Shown in pieces: positions 26,816 through 36,495 of a DNA stretch of 64,000 bases. The notes beneath the pieces were generated by a model that worked only from the letters and a program-made list of their open reading frames with translations, ran no database searches and was not told the origin of the DNA. This DNA comes from Acidimicrobiia bacterium. GTDB taxonomy: Bacteria; Actinomycetota; Acidimicrobiia; Spongiisociales; Spongiisociaceae. The position numbers and the translations under genes were made by a program. The DNA lies in contig JBFGLM010000015.1 in NCBI GenBank assembly GCA_041576165.1, forward strand, positions 25,327 to 89,326. Reading direction: 5' to 3'. Each line of letters opens with the position of its first letter. Positions within the stretch are counted from its first letter, which is position 1.

Positions 26816-28564
26816 TCAACTGGGGTGGATCTGACCGCGTATCTCGCCCGGCGGGTTCGCCACCGTGTGAACGTTCACATAGGCGCCTCCCGTCTCGAGC
26901 AACTCGAGCAGGTCGGTGAGTTCCATCCCCGCCAGCGGACCAACCAGATCGCCGGCGGTGATCACGCCGCTGGTCAGCTCGCCATCAACCGTCACCGGTG
27001 TCGTTGGCGAAAATAGCGTGACCGCGACCCCACCGTTGACACCCGCCTCCCCCACGTGGATGTGTGCGGCGACCGCGTCCGCCAGATCATCGACCTCGAT
27101 TTCGTAGTGGACTTCGGTGCGGTTGCGCTTGACCCGGAATTCGGCCTCGCCTGATGCCTCAGTCGGAACCGGGGGCACCTCGTTGTCGCCGCTCAGCTCT
27201 GCTTCAAACTCCTTGCTGAGCGGAGCTTGCCGAAGCCGCCACACGGTCCCGGTCTCTCCGACTGGAGGGATATTGTCGCTGGTCATGACGTATAGCTCAC
27301 CGCGAGCGTCCTGGCCGAAGCCGAACAGGAATGCTCCCAGGTTCTCCTGCCCGCGAATGCGGAGTTCCTTGATCTGGTTGTCGTCGAGCGTGAACAGGCG
27401 GGCGTCCGGGGAAAAGGTCGGGGAGGCGAATTCACCAAACACATAGTCGCCCCGCAACGACTTGATATCGCGGCCCCGGTAGACGAACCCACCGATCACC
27501 GACACGCCCTCATCGTGGTCGTACTCGGCCACGGGATCGATGAGCCCGGCCGGCACACCGGGGTCCTTGTCGGTGACGAAACCATCATCGTCTTCGTTGG
27601 GATCGAAGAAGAAGCTGCCCTCTTTGAGATTCCAGCCGTAGTTGCCGCCGGCCTTGACGATGTCGACTTCCTCGATGTCGTTCTGCCCGACGTCGCCCGT
27701 CCAGATCTGCCCGGTCCTCGTGTCGACGGACATGCGGAAGGGGTTCCGAAAACCGTACGCAAAGATCTCATCGACCGCGTCGGGTACCCCGACGAACGGG
27801 TTCCGCTTGGGAATTCCGTATTGGCCGTTGGCCGAGTTCTTCCCGCGGGGATCGATGCGGAGGATCGCTCCCAGCGGATTGCCGAGGTCCTGCCCGTTGC
27901 CGTCCACGCCGTGTCCCGGCCCCTGATCGTCCGCCGCCCCGCCATCGCCGACCGCGATCAGGAGGTTGCCGCGCTTGTCGAACGCCAGCGCTCCCGCGTT
28001 GTGGTTGAACTGGGGCTGGTCGATACGCAGCAGCACCCGGGCGCTGGATGGATCGATCGGTGCGTTGGGATCTTTCGGGTTGGACGACCGCCACTCCGTT
28101 ATGACGGACTGGTGATTGGCTGGGACTCCCGGCGGCATGGTCGAGAAGTCGGCCGGCCCATTCACCGGCTCGGACGTGTAGGTGTACAGCAGTCCCGTGC
28201 GCCGAAACTTGGGGTGAAACGCGATGCCTAGAAGACCGCGCTCATCGAAGGATCCAGGCCCGAACGCCCCCAATGGGACGAGCCGGTCCTTCACATCCAG
28301 CACGATGGTGGCACCGCCACGCTTGAGGTCGAGCGACCACAGGGTCCCCACCTGGTCGATGACGAACAGTGTGTTCCTCAGACCCTGGGCGCTGGTCCCC
28401 CACAGCGGAGACGTGAGCCCCTCCAAGACCGGCTCCAACGTGACAACAATGTCGGATCGCTCGATTGGTTCCGGAATCGGATCGGTGAGCGGCGTCTGTG
28501 CCGACGCCGGCAATGCCGTCAGCATCAATGCTCCCACGAGCAACAACAAAAGTGATTTGCGCAT
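26816..28564 (-). CDS. Secreted PQQ-dependent sugar dehydrogenase (GSDH) family protein with C-terminal CHRD domain
   Basis: Signal peptide MRKSLLLLL..ASA; ERGLLGIAFHP, NHNAG, AYGFRNPFR, GGNYGW; CHRD LSGDNEVPPV...AAHIH...YVNVHT..PPGEIRGQI. Confidence 0.88.
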   Translation of the reverse strand: MRKSLLLLLVGALMLTALPASAQTPLTDPIPEPIERSDIVVTLEPVLEGLTSPLWGTSAQGLRNTLFVIDQVGTLWSLDLKRGGATIVLDVKDRLVPLGAFGPGSFDERGLLGIAFHPKFRRTGLLYTYTSEPVNGPADFSTMPPGVPANHQSVITEWRSSNPKDPNAPIDPSSARVLLRIDQPQFNHNAGALAFDKRGNLLIAVGDGGAADDQGPGHGVDGNGQDLGNPLGAILRIDPRGKNSANGQYGIPKRNPFVGVPDAVDEIFAYGFRNPFRMSVDTRTGQIWTGDVGQNDIEEVDIVKAGGNYGWNLKEGSFFFDPNEDDDGFVTDKDPGVPAGLIDPVAEYDHDEGVSVIGGFVYRGRDIKSLRGDYVFGEFASPTFSPDARLFTLDDNQIKELRIRGQENLGAFLFGFGQDARGELYVMTSDNIPPVGETGTVWRLRQAPLSKEFEAELSGDNEVPPVPTEASGEAEFRVKRNRTEVHYEIEVDDLADAVAAHIHVGEAGVNGGVAVTLFSPTTPVTVDGELTSGVITAGDLVGPLAGMELTDLLELLETGGAYVNVHTVANPPGEIRGQIHPS

Positions 28565-28595
28565 CCCTCCCCCTCGGCTGGGTTGTAGGGAGGAA

Positions 28596-28620
28596 TACGC
28601 AGACAGAGATGCTTTGGTTC
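28596..28620 (-). promoter_or_regulatory. Putative ECF sigma promoter (GAACC-N16-CGTA)
   Basis: Matches the motif upstream of the ECF sigma gene; both carry GAACyAA and CTGCGTA. Confidence 0.5.
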
Positions 28621-28642
28621 TCAAATATGTGGGGTCGAGACC

Positions 28643-29221
28643 TCAGGACTCGACGTCCAACACCGTGAGGGCGGGGCCGGGGTCGGCGTCCAACGGCTCG
28701 AGTGTGATCCACACTCGGGGAAAGTCGCCACGCCGGACGCCGACCCACATTTCGAGATCATCGGCCCGGGTGAATGTCCCGGCCGAGATGTGACGATCCT
28801 GATTGGTGAACCACAGCTCATAGACATAACCGTCGGGAGCAGGTTCCAGGCCTGACACATCCAGGCGCAACCGGGTGCCGCCCGGCTGGTTCCACCCGGC
28901 CACGACGGCAGATGCAGACGGAGCTTCGGCAGTTGGGATGAGCGCCACCTCCCAATCTGGTCCCGGTTCCCGCAACAAGATCACCGCGGCGAGGAGCACG
29001 ACGAAGCCCAGCACCGCGGCGATGCCCGCAACGACGGACCAGCGCCTGGCCCGCCGCAAGCGAGGGGCAGCATGAGCGGCGGCCACATCGAAATCGAGGT
29101 CAACCGGCTCCTCCCACAACTCACGATCGGACAGCGACACCCCCGATCCCTCCAGCATTTGCTCGACCTCGCGCCGGGCCGCAGCGAGCTGTTCGTCGTT
29201 CACGTCGTATCGATCGGTCAT
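28643..29221 (-). CDS. Anti-sigma factor (RskA-like)
   Basis: Single TM plus extracellular GLEPAPDGYVYELW..SAGTF; coupled to the ECF sigma. Confidence 0.8.
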   Translation of the reverse strand: MTDRYDVNDEQLAAARREVEQMLEGSGVSLSDRELWEEPVDLDFDVAAAHAAPRLRRARRWSVVAGIAAVLGFVVLLAAVILLREPGPDWEVALIPTAEAPSASAVVAGWNQPGGTRLRLDVSGLEPAPDGYVYELWFTNQDRHISAGTFTRADDLEMWVGVRRGDFPRVWITLEPLDADPGPALTVLDVES

Positions 29222-29763
29222 TTGCCCGTTCCAAGCTCGTCGGCGAGCAGATCACGGAGGCGGCCATATGCCCGGAAAGATCGGGACTTGACCGTCCCCA
29301 CCGGAATGCCCAGCTTGGTCGCGGCTTCCTCGTGGGTGAGCCCCTCGAAGTGGGTCGCCGCCAGCACTGCCCGTTCGTCGGCGGGCATCCGCTCCAGCGC
29401 CCGTCGGACTTCCAGCACCCGCCAGGCAGTGTCGATCTGGCTCTCTGCGATGGGTTCGTTCGAGTCCAGAGTATCGGCAACGTGGCGCCGCTCGCGGCGG
29501 TGAATGTCGATCGCCACCCGCCGTACGATCGAAAACAGCCACGGTGCCAGATCGCGGCTCGGGTCGAAGGTACCAGCCGCCCGCCAGGCTTGGAGCAGCG
29601 CTTGCTGGACTGCTTCTTCGGCGAGGTCGCGGCTCCCCAACAGCCGATACGCCGCGCCGAACAGGGGCCGTCCAAACTCCTCGTAGACACGCCGGACGGC
29701 GTCGGCGTCACCTGCTGCAAACCGGCGCCCGAGCGCCCTTTCTGCCATGGACCCCACCCTCAT
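29218..29763 (-). CDS. ECF RNA polymerase sigma factor (SigK-like); start uncertain (29748-29853)
   Basis: LAEEAVQQALLQAWR, PWLFSIVRR, region 4 GLTHEEAATKLGIPVGTVKSR. Confidence 0.92.
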   Translation of the reverse strand: MRVGSMAERALGRRFAAGDADAVRRVYEEFGRPLFGAAYRLLGSRDLAEEAVQQALLQAWRAAGTFDPSRDLAPWLFSIVRRVAIDIHRRERRHVADTLDSNEPIAESQIDTAWRVLEVRRALERMPADERAVLAATHFEGLTHEEAATKLGIPVGTVKSRSFRAYGRLRDLLADELGTGK

Positions 29764-29864
29764 GCTGGCATGACCGTCACGTAGCCGGTTCCCGATCGTA
29801 CATGAGATCTCAAACACCGGAGTGTAAGGCTGGGGCAAAGTCCTCACAGTCATCTCACCCGAAG

Positions 29865-29890
29865 TACGCAGCAGTGTCTCCGATTAGTTC
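29865..29890 (-). promoter_or_regulatory. Putative ECF autoregulatory promoter (GAACT-N17-CGTA)
   Basis: Directly upstream of the sigma gene; near-copy at 28596-28620. Confidence 0.5.
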
Positions 29891-29910
29891 GGACGTTCTG
29901 CAGCGTGTGA

Positions 29911-30807
29911 TCAATCAAATATCTCGTCGACGATCTCCTCGACGATGTGCGCCCATGTCGGCTTGCGGCTGCCGCGTTCGCGGCGGTCGGCGTTCCGGCG
30001 GACAACGTGCGGGTGCACGATGCCGTCCAACGCCCGGTTGATACCGTCTTTCGTTCGGGAAATGCGGCTGCGGGCGTATGCCCCGGCTGCCAGAATCGCC
30101 CCGCCCAGAGCGGGCAGAAACCCGGTGAGAAACTCAACGACGTCGGGTGCAAACGTGCCGGCAGCCGCGACGGCCGCCCCGATCGCAACCGCCCCGAATG
30201 CCGTGGCCGCGCCAACGCCGGCAGATTCGGCCTTGACCTTGGAGGTATCGGCCTCGATCTCAATCAACTGCTCATCGTGGCCGACCTCGGTCTGGCGGGT
30301 CGTGACCTGCGGCCAGGTGCGGAGCGCTCCGGTCCCCTGCGCCCGCTTGAAGCCACGGCGAAGGGCCGAGCCGATGCCCGGATCCCGCTCCCACCGTACG
30401 GCCCGGCGGTTCTTGGCGCGGGGTCGCATTCCCTCATGCCGCCGCATCCACTCTTCGACCTGGCGATCGAGATCCTCCGATGCCGATTTCGTGACCAGAC
30501 CGCCCGTGACGCGATCAGGCCCGAGCAGGCGGTCGAGAAGCCCGTCGTCGTCGTGGCGCTCGGTCTGCAATTCGTCTAGCAGGGCGCGCCGGATCATCTC
30601 CGGGCCGATCCCCAGTTCACCGGCTATCTGTTCGACGGTGGCGACATCGATCGTGCCGCCTTCGAACTCTTGATCATGATGTAGTTCGATTGCCCGGCGT
30701 ATGACGTTTTCGGCCAGCGGGAGGCTCAGGCGGTCGAGGCGATCGGCCAGGCGCTCCGGTCGGCTGACGTTTGCTGATTCCTGCCGGCGGCGGCGCTGTT
30801 CCTGCAC
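29911..30807 (-). CDS. Hypothetical membrane protein
   Basis: VIRRAIEL..VEQIAGELGI N-terminal helical motif; two TM segments near the C-terminus. Confidence 0.65.
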   Translation of the reverse strand: MQEQRRRRQESANVSRPERLADRLDRLSLPLAENVIRRAIELHHDQEFEGGTIDVATVEQIAGELGIGPEMIRRALLDELQTERHDDDGLLDRLLGPDRVTGGLVTKSASEDLDRQVEEWMRRHEGMRPRAKNRRAVRWERDPGIGSALRRGFKRAQGTGALRTWPQVTTRQTEVGHDEQLIEIEADTSKVKAESAGVGAATAFGAVAIGAAVAAAGTFAPDVVEFLTGFLPALGGAILAAGAYARSRISRTKDGINRALDGIVHPHVVRRNADRRERGSRKPTWAHIVEEIVDEIFD

Positions 30808-30835
30808 GGCACCAGTATCGCACGGGTGGTGTCAC

Positions 30836-32020
30836 TCACATCACTGCGGCTACGCGATCGGCGATCGACCGGCCTATGGCCAACGATGCCGTCGCTGCCG
30901 GCGACGGGGCGTTGAGAACATGGACGGCCCGTTCGGTTTCGATGATGGCGAAGTCGTCCACCAGCTGACCGTCCGGCGTGACGGCCTGGGCCCGCACCCC
31001 GGCGCCACCGGGTTCGAGGTGCTCGGCCCGGATGTCGGGTACCAGCGCCCGGGCGCTACGGGCGTAGTTGCGCCGCCACATCGAACGCCAGAGCTCGACA
31101 GCCCCGGTCCACCAGTAGCGCCGAGCCAGCCGTCGAAACCCGGGGTACCGCAGCACCGTCCGCACGTCCTGCCAGTTGGCGCGCTTGCCGCGATAGTGCT
31201 CGCGACCCAGTGCCAGCACCGCGTTGGGGCCCACCTCGACCGATCCATCGATCCGGCGAGTGAAATGCACCCCGAGGAACGGGAATCGGGGATCCGGCAC
31301 CGGGTAGATCAACGCCCGCACCAGGTAGTCGGCGCCGGGTCTGAGCTTGTAATACTCGCCCCGGAACGGCACGACGGCGAGCGGCAATTCGGCGCCGGCC
31401 AGCTGGGCGACCCGGTCCGAGTGGAGCCCCGCGCAGTTCACCAGAAATCGAGCCCGGAGCTGGCGGGTCTCCGTCATGACGTCAACTGCATCTGTCCCGG
31501 CCTCGATGGCCACAACCGGCGAGCCGAGGAACAGATCGCCGTCGATCTGGCGCTCGAGGGCCTCAGCCACCTCGAAGAAGTCAACGACGCCGGCCTCGGG
31601 TACCTGCAGCGCTGCGACGCCGGTGGCGTAGGGCTCGAACTCCGCAATCTCGTCCCTCGTGAGCACCCGCAGGTCCCGCAACCCGTTTTCCTTACCGCGG
31701 CGGTGCAGTTCGTGCATGGCCTCGAGCTCCGATTCGCGGGTGGCGATCACCAGCTTGCCGGATCGCTTCAATGCAATACCGGCGTCCCGTGCGAAATCTG
31801 TCAGCTCGCGCTGGCCCTCGACACACAGCTTGGCTTTCAGCGATCCCGGCCGGTAGTACAACCCGGAGTGCACCACGCCGGAGTTGTGGCTGGTCTGGTG
31901 GGAACCGACCATCGGCTCCTTGTCGACAACGACCACGCCTGAACCCGGGAAACGCTCGTTCAGCGCCCGCGCAGTGGCCAGGCCGACGATGCCTGCCCCG
32001 ATGACACAGAAGTCGTACAC
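30836..32020 (-). CDS. lhgO: L-2-hydroxyglutarate oxidase
   Basis: GAGIVGLATA, HQTSHNSGVVHSGLYYRPGSLKAKLC, IYPVPDPRFPFLGVHFT, NAPSPAATASLAIG. Confidence 0.93.
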   Translation of the reverse strand: MYDFCVIGAGIVGLATARALNERFPGSGVVVVDKEPMVGSHQTSHNSGVVHSGLYYRPGSLKAKLCVEGQRELTDFARDAGIALKRSGKLVIATRESELEAMHELHRRGKENGLRDLRVLTRDEIAEFEPYATGVAALQVPEAGVVDFFEVAEALERQIDGDLFLGSPVVAIEAGTDAVDVMTETRQLRARFLVNCAGLHSDRVAQLAGAELPLAVVPFRGEYYKLRPGADYLVRALIYPVPDPRFPFLGVHFTRRIDGSVEVGPNAVLALGREHYRGKRANWQDVRTVLRYPGFRRLARRYWWTGAVELWRSMWRRNYARSARALVPDIRAEHLEPGGAGVRAQAVTPDGQLVDDFAIIETERAVHVLNAPSPAATASLAIGRSIADRVAAVM

Positions 32021-32307
32021 AGCGGCACGTTAGCCGCACTGCGCCCGGCCGACGCGGCTCGTCACGTGTTGCGGGAGGAGACCGTTTCCGCGATTTCCTC
32101 CGCCGGAGGGGGAGGTGTCCCGAAGGGGGCGGAGGGGCGTCGGCTTGCCATGCAAAGAGGGCGCGTACCCTCCGCTCGGTCGAGGATGACACCGAGAAGG
32201 GCACCCCGTCGCGCCGGACCGCGCTCCCCCCTCCGGGGTCGGCTCCGGACGTCGCCTCAGCCCCCCACTGGGGAACCGGCGCCGCGGGAGGAAACCCTGC
32301 TGGGCCG

Positions 32308-33768
32308 TCAGCCGGGCCGGCTGATCAATTGATCGACCGGGGCGAAGTCGTCAGTGAGTGTCCGGGCGTCATCGATGAACGCGTCGAGTGCGTCGCCGGT
32401 CACCACGACCTCCGTGCCCGCCCGGGCCGTGATCCGCGCCTGAAGGTCATCCCACGGAAACGGCGCACGGGCGCCGACCATCACGAAATTGCCGCCCCGC
32501 TCGGCCGCGAGATATCCGGGTGGCGCAATCACGGCCGCATGCTCGAACACGGCGCGGAACGTCGCGGCCTCGGCCCGGGCAAAACCGAGCGGCGGATAGT
32601 CCAACAGGTTGATCACGTAGACCGCGTCGTCGGCCATGACCCGCCTGATCTCATCCATGAACTCGCGCGTTGTCAGGTGCCACGGCACCGACAAGCCACC
32701 AAACGCATCGCCCAGCACCATGTCGTAGCTCTGATCCGGGCGAGCGGGGAGGGCCAGCCGGGCGTCCCCAATATGAATATTGATGCCGTCGAGGGAGGTC
32801 AAGCCGAGATCCTCTTCGGCGATGTCGACCAGCTCGGCGTCGATCTCGAATACATCGGCCACCGACCCGGGGCGCGTGGTCGCAACGTAACGGGGCAACG
32901 TGAAGCCGCCGCCGCCGATATAGGCGGCATTCAGCGGTCCGTCGGACAGCTCGGCCAGGACGTCACCCACGATCTTCGAGTAGCGGAACTCGAGGTGGGT
33001 CGGGTCTTCGAGATCGACATAGCTGTGCCGCAGCGTGTCCAGCCACAGCGTGCGGCCAGACGGACGCAACGCATCGAGCTCGACCACCGCACAGAAGTAG
33101 CGCGTCTCCACCTGGCATGGACGGTCGACTGCCGCGGTAGCTGCGCCGGCCACCAGCACGAGCGCGGCCAGGCCGCCGAGCGAGGTGGCGGCGACGGAAG
33201 CTCGAATGCCGAGCCCGACACCGGACAGAGCGAGCAGGATGCCGAGTGTGACGACCAGGGCGCGGGTCGGCACGGATGCGATCAGCACGAACCCGGTCAG
33301 GAACGTCCCGGCCAGCGCCCCGGCGGTGCCCACTGCCGAGAACGAACCGACCACTGAGCCAGTTTCCTCCAGCGATCGGAGCCGGATCTTGATCACGATC
33401 GGGGTGACGGCGGAGAGCAGGGCCGCCGGGGCCAGGAACCCGATAGTGGTGAGCGTCACGATTTCGACCGGGCCGGCCGTCCGCATCGAGGGACCGACCA
33501 GGTCGGTCAGCACCGGAGCCAGCAATACGAATGCTGCTGCCACCAGCAACAGCGGCGGCAGGATTCGGTCGGGATCGCGGCGGTCTGCCATTCGCCCGCC
33601 CCACCACGCCCCGAACGCAATCCCGGCCAGAATCACGCCGATGATCCCGGTGAACGTCTCGAGGGTCACGCCGACATAGGGCGCCATGAGTCGGCCGGCC
33701 AGAATCTCGAGCACCAGAACCACTGCCGATGATCCGAAGACGAGCAGGCGGGCCAGGACGATTGACAT
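32308..33768 (-). CDS. Fused membrane/spermidine synthase-like methyltransferase
   Basis: N-terminal TMs (LEILAGRLMAPYVG), IGGGGFTLPRY, EIDAEL, GDAR, DAFGG..PWHLTT, LTDDFAPVD. Confidence 0.88.
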   Translation of the reverse strand: MSIVLARLLVFGSSAVVLVLEILAGRLMAPYVGVTLETFTGIIGVILAGIAFGAWWGGRMADRRDPDRILPPLLLVAAAFVLLAPVLTDLVGPSMRTAGPVEIVTLTTIGFLAPAALLSAVTPIVIKIRLRSLEETGSVVGSFSAVGTAGALAGTFLTGFVLIASVPTRALVVTLGILLALSGVGLGIRASVAATSLGGLAALVLVAGAATAAVDRPCQVETRYFCAVVELDALRPSGRTLWLDTLRHSYVDLEDPTHLEFRYSKIVGDVLAELSDGPLNAAYIGGGGFTLPRYVATTRPGSVADVFEIDAELVDIAEEDLGLTSLDGINIHIGDARLALPARPDQSYDMVLGDAFGGLSVPWHLTTREFMDEIRRVMADDAVYVINLLDYPPLGFARAEAATFRAVFEHAAVIAPPGYLAAERGGNFVMVGARAPFPWDDLQARITARAGTEVVVTGDALDAFIDDARTLTDDFAPVDQLISRPG

Positions 33769-33810
33769 AGGCGGGAGTGTCCCAGAGCCACCCGCCGGTC
33801 GCCAGACGGG

Positions 33811-34035
33811 CTAGGACGGCGCCGGCTGATCCGGTTCCGGGCCCTCTTCCGGCTTGACCCGCTGGGCCCTGAACCACTCCAGTACCTCATCGCGGTGAAA
33901 CAGCCGCCGTCCGTTGACCGTGGCCGACGGCAACCACCCCTCTCCCGTCAGCCGGCGCACCTCCCCGATGGATAGGCCCAGCATGTCCGCCACCCCCGGC
34001 GTGTCGAGAATGGGTGGATACCGTTCGAAGCTCAT
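33811..34035 (-). CDS. Small excisionase/BldC-like helix-turn-helix protein
   Basis: ILDTPGVADMLGLS..VRRLTGEGWLPS..RLFHRDEVLEW; ATGA overlap with upstream tad gene. Confidence 0.75.
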   Translation of the reverse strand: MSFERYPPILDTPGVADMLGLSIGEVRRLTGEGWLPSATVNGRRLFHRDEVLEWFRAQRVKPEEGPEPDQPAPS

Positions 34036-34448
34036 GGTGAAAGAGCGGGGATGGCATTGGCCCGCACCGACACCGTAAACGGATCCTCCCCCACCAGCAG
34101 AATCCGCAACAGAGTGAAGTCCACCTCACGTTCCAGCGTCACGCTGATGTCCGCTGGGGTCGGCACGATCGTTTCGGTGATGGAGACATTCCATTCAGGG
34201 TGGTTTAGGAGAAATGAGCTGGCTCGGGCTGCAGCTTCGTCCGGCGCCAACCGGACCACACCGTTGTTGCGCCACTCAGCGACATCCACCGCGGTGGCGC
34301 CGGCCACGACAGCCCCGTCGGCCATGCCGGCTAGAATCCGTCGCTCGGTGAAGGCGCGCCACATGTCGACGCTCAGCCCGCCCAGGAACAGCACTGCGAC
34401 GCACAGTCCCAGCACCCACACGGTCACCGAGCCTCGCTCGCTTGTCAC
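34032..34448 (-). CDS. TadG-like pseudopilin
   Basis: SERGSV prepilin site, TM, MADGAVVAGA. Confidence 0.8.
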   Translation of the reverse strand: MTSERGSVTVWVLGLCVAVLFLGGLSVDMWRAFTERRILAGMADGAVVAGATAVDVAEWRNNGVVRLAPDEAAARASSFLLNHPEWNVSITETIVPTPADISVTLEREVDFTLLRILLVGEDPFTVSVRANAIPALSP

Positions 34449-34861
34449 GGCGGGAACGACCTGTAATCGTCGACCCGCTCTGAGTGCGAAAAGGTCACGT
34501 GGGAGCCGGCGAAGGTCCCGATTCCGGGAATGGCCAGCACCGGAACCGGCACGGTCACATTGGCTGTGATCGTCTCGCCCCAGTCGAGCACACCGTCGAA
34601 CGTGACAGTCACGCCCATGTAACCGTGATTCTCGGCGACCTGCTGCGCCAGCGCGATACCGGCCGCCCGGCCTTGGGTCTCAGTGTCCGCCAGCACCATC
34701 GCCCGAGCCGCCTCTTGCGCGGCCAGCTCGCCCATCGATTTCGCTTCGATCCACGTCGGGATAGCTGCCACGAGCATGACCAGAGGGAACAGGAGCAGCC
34801 CCACCCCTATCAGCATTTCGATCGTGCCCGACGCCCCGCGCTCGTCCCGCCAATCGATCAT
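34445..34861 (-). CDS. TadE-like pseudopilin
   Basis: RDERGASGTIEM, TM, LAAQEAARA. Confidence 0.82.
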   Translation of the reverse strand: MIDWRDERGASGTIEMLIGVGLLLFPLVMLVAAIPTWIEAKSMGELAAQEAARAMVLADTETQGRAAGIALAQQVAENHGYMGVTVTFDGVLDWGETITANVTVPVPVLAIPGIGTFAGSHVTFSHSERVDDYRSFPP

Positions 34862-35247
34862 GGGATCGGATCCTCGTTGCGGGCACGGCCTTCCAGTGTG
34901 AAGCTCCACGATCCGACACCAGGGATCGGGCTTGTGAGCGTGGCGTTGGCAGTTGCGACCATTTCTTCTCCGATCACGGCGCACGCCACGGCGATGTTGT
35001 CCCCAAGCGGACCACCCAACAGGTCGTCGAGCGCATTCTGGGCTCGCGACACGCACTCGCCGGCCGACGCGTTCGCAAACGACCCGGCGCGAGCCCCCTC
35101 ATCCACCGCGGCTCGAACAACACCGCGGGCGTAGACGAACAGGAGCACGTTCACCATTGTCATGAACACGATGAACAACACGCCGACGGTGAGGAGCATG
35201 GTGACCGACGCCTGGCCGTCCTCGCACCTGGCGGATGCCTGGTGCAC
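34858..35247 (-). CDS. TadE-like pseudopilin (start approximate)
   Basis: EDGQASVTM, TM, RAAVDEGARAGS. Confidence 0.78.
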   Translation of the reverse strand: MHQASARCEDGQASVTMLLTVGVLFIVFMTMVNVLLFVYARGVVRAAVDEGARAGSFANASAGECVSRAQNALDDLLGGPLGDNIAVACAVIGEEMVATANATLTSPIPGVGSWSFTLEGRARNEDPIP

Positions 35248-35333
35248 CGCACCGGCGTCCCGAGGCCCTCTGCAAATCGCTCCCGATGAAGACTCCCTCG
35301 GCTGCCGCCGTCCCACGTCCGACCGGCCCCGGA

Positions 35334-35513
35334 TCAGATGCCGAGCTGGCCTCGCACCCATCCGATGACATCCGTTCCAAGCGCCTGCAACGCTCCGAGC
35401 AGCCCCATGACGACCAGCACGCCCACCACGATCCACGCAAAAATCGTGCTCGTCTCCGCCGCGCCCCGTTCGTCGCGTGCGATGCGGGAGATCGTCATCA
35501 GCATCCATACCAT
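35334..35513 (-). CDS. Flp-type major pilin
   Basis: Short ORF after tadC; RDERG cleavage site then hydrophobic helix; AAAGGA RBS. Confidence 0.72.
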   Translation of the reverse strand: MVWMLMTISRIARDERGAAETSTIFAWIVVGVLVVMGLLGALQALGTDVIGWVRGQLGI

Positions 35514-35535
35514 CCGGGCTTCCTTTCTCATTGAC

Positions 35536-36495
35536 CTACAACCCGCCGAAGATGATCGTCGGCATGGGCGCCCCCAGGAACCAGAGCATGACCGGCGCGA
35601 GGACCACCACGATCGGTATCACCATCAGCAGACGCCGTTTGGCGGCCGCGGCCTGAAGGCCGTCGCGTCGCGACGCACGCAGGTCCTTCGACAGGTCCAG
35701 CAAGGCGTCCGCGAGGTCGGCGCCCCGTTCTTGCGCCGTAGCGATGACCCGATATGTCCGCTCAGCTTCCCGCTCGGGTGTCAGCTGGGCGGCTCGCTCC
35801 AGGGCATCGGTGAATGCCCACCCGCGCTCATGCAGGCGCAATGCCTCGGCGAGCTCGTCCACCACTACCCCATTGGCCCGCTGCACCACGTGGCGGGTCG
35901 CCTCGACCGCGCCGCCACCAACCCGGGTTCGTAGCGCAATCAGCTGGTTGACGGTGTAGAGCTCGCTCCGCATCCGCTCCCTGCGGTTTGCGATCGCCTG
36001 GTCCACCCGGCTCCTGGCCGTGAGCAACCCGAGCGTGAACCCGAGACCGCCAAACACCATGAGCCCGAATGCGTTTTGGAAGAGCAGCAGCCCGATCAAC
36101 CCGATCCCACTACCCATGAGAACGGACCGGCCCACGGTCCGCATACGGTATTCCTGGGAACGCAGCTCCTCGGGCGTGGCCGGGTACAGACCGGCTTGGC
36201 GTAGGCGGACGCCAAGCACCTCATCTGAGGATGACGTGACCACCCGTCCCAGCCGGCTAACGGCACCCTGGGCGATCGGCCCAAACAAACGCCGCAGCGT
36301 TCCCTGCCCGAACACCGGGCCCTGACTGGCCTGTCCGCGCGCGTCGGGACTGCGTCGCAGCTCCGCCCGAGCGACGGCTGTGTAGGGCCGTACTCGCGGC
36401 GCTAATGGACGGGGCGGACGCAGCAGCGCCCAAACGACAGATCCGGCAAAGAGCGCGGATGAGGTGACGGCCAGTATCGGCAGGAGACCACTCAT
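35536..36495 (-). CDS. tadC: Tad pilus assembly protein TadC
   Basis: T2SSF-like domain, AQERGADLADAL, C-terminal TM. Confidence 0.85.
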   Translation of the reverse strand: MSGLLPILAVTSSALFAGSVVWALLRPPRPLAPRVRPYTAVARAELRRSPDARGQASQGPVFGQGTLRRLFGPIAQGAVSRLGRVVTSSSDEVLGVRLRQAGLYPATPEELRSQEYRMRTVGRSVLMGSGIGLIGLLLFQNAFGLMVFGGLGFTLGLLTARSRVDQAIANRRERMRSELYTVNQLIALRTRVGGGAVEATRHVVQRANGVVVDELAEALRLHERGWAFTDALERAAQLTPEREAERTYRVIATAQERGADLADALLDLSKDLRASRRDGLQAAAAKRRLLMVIPIVVVLAPVMLWFLGAPMPTIIFGGL

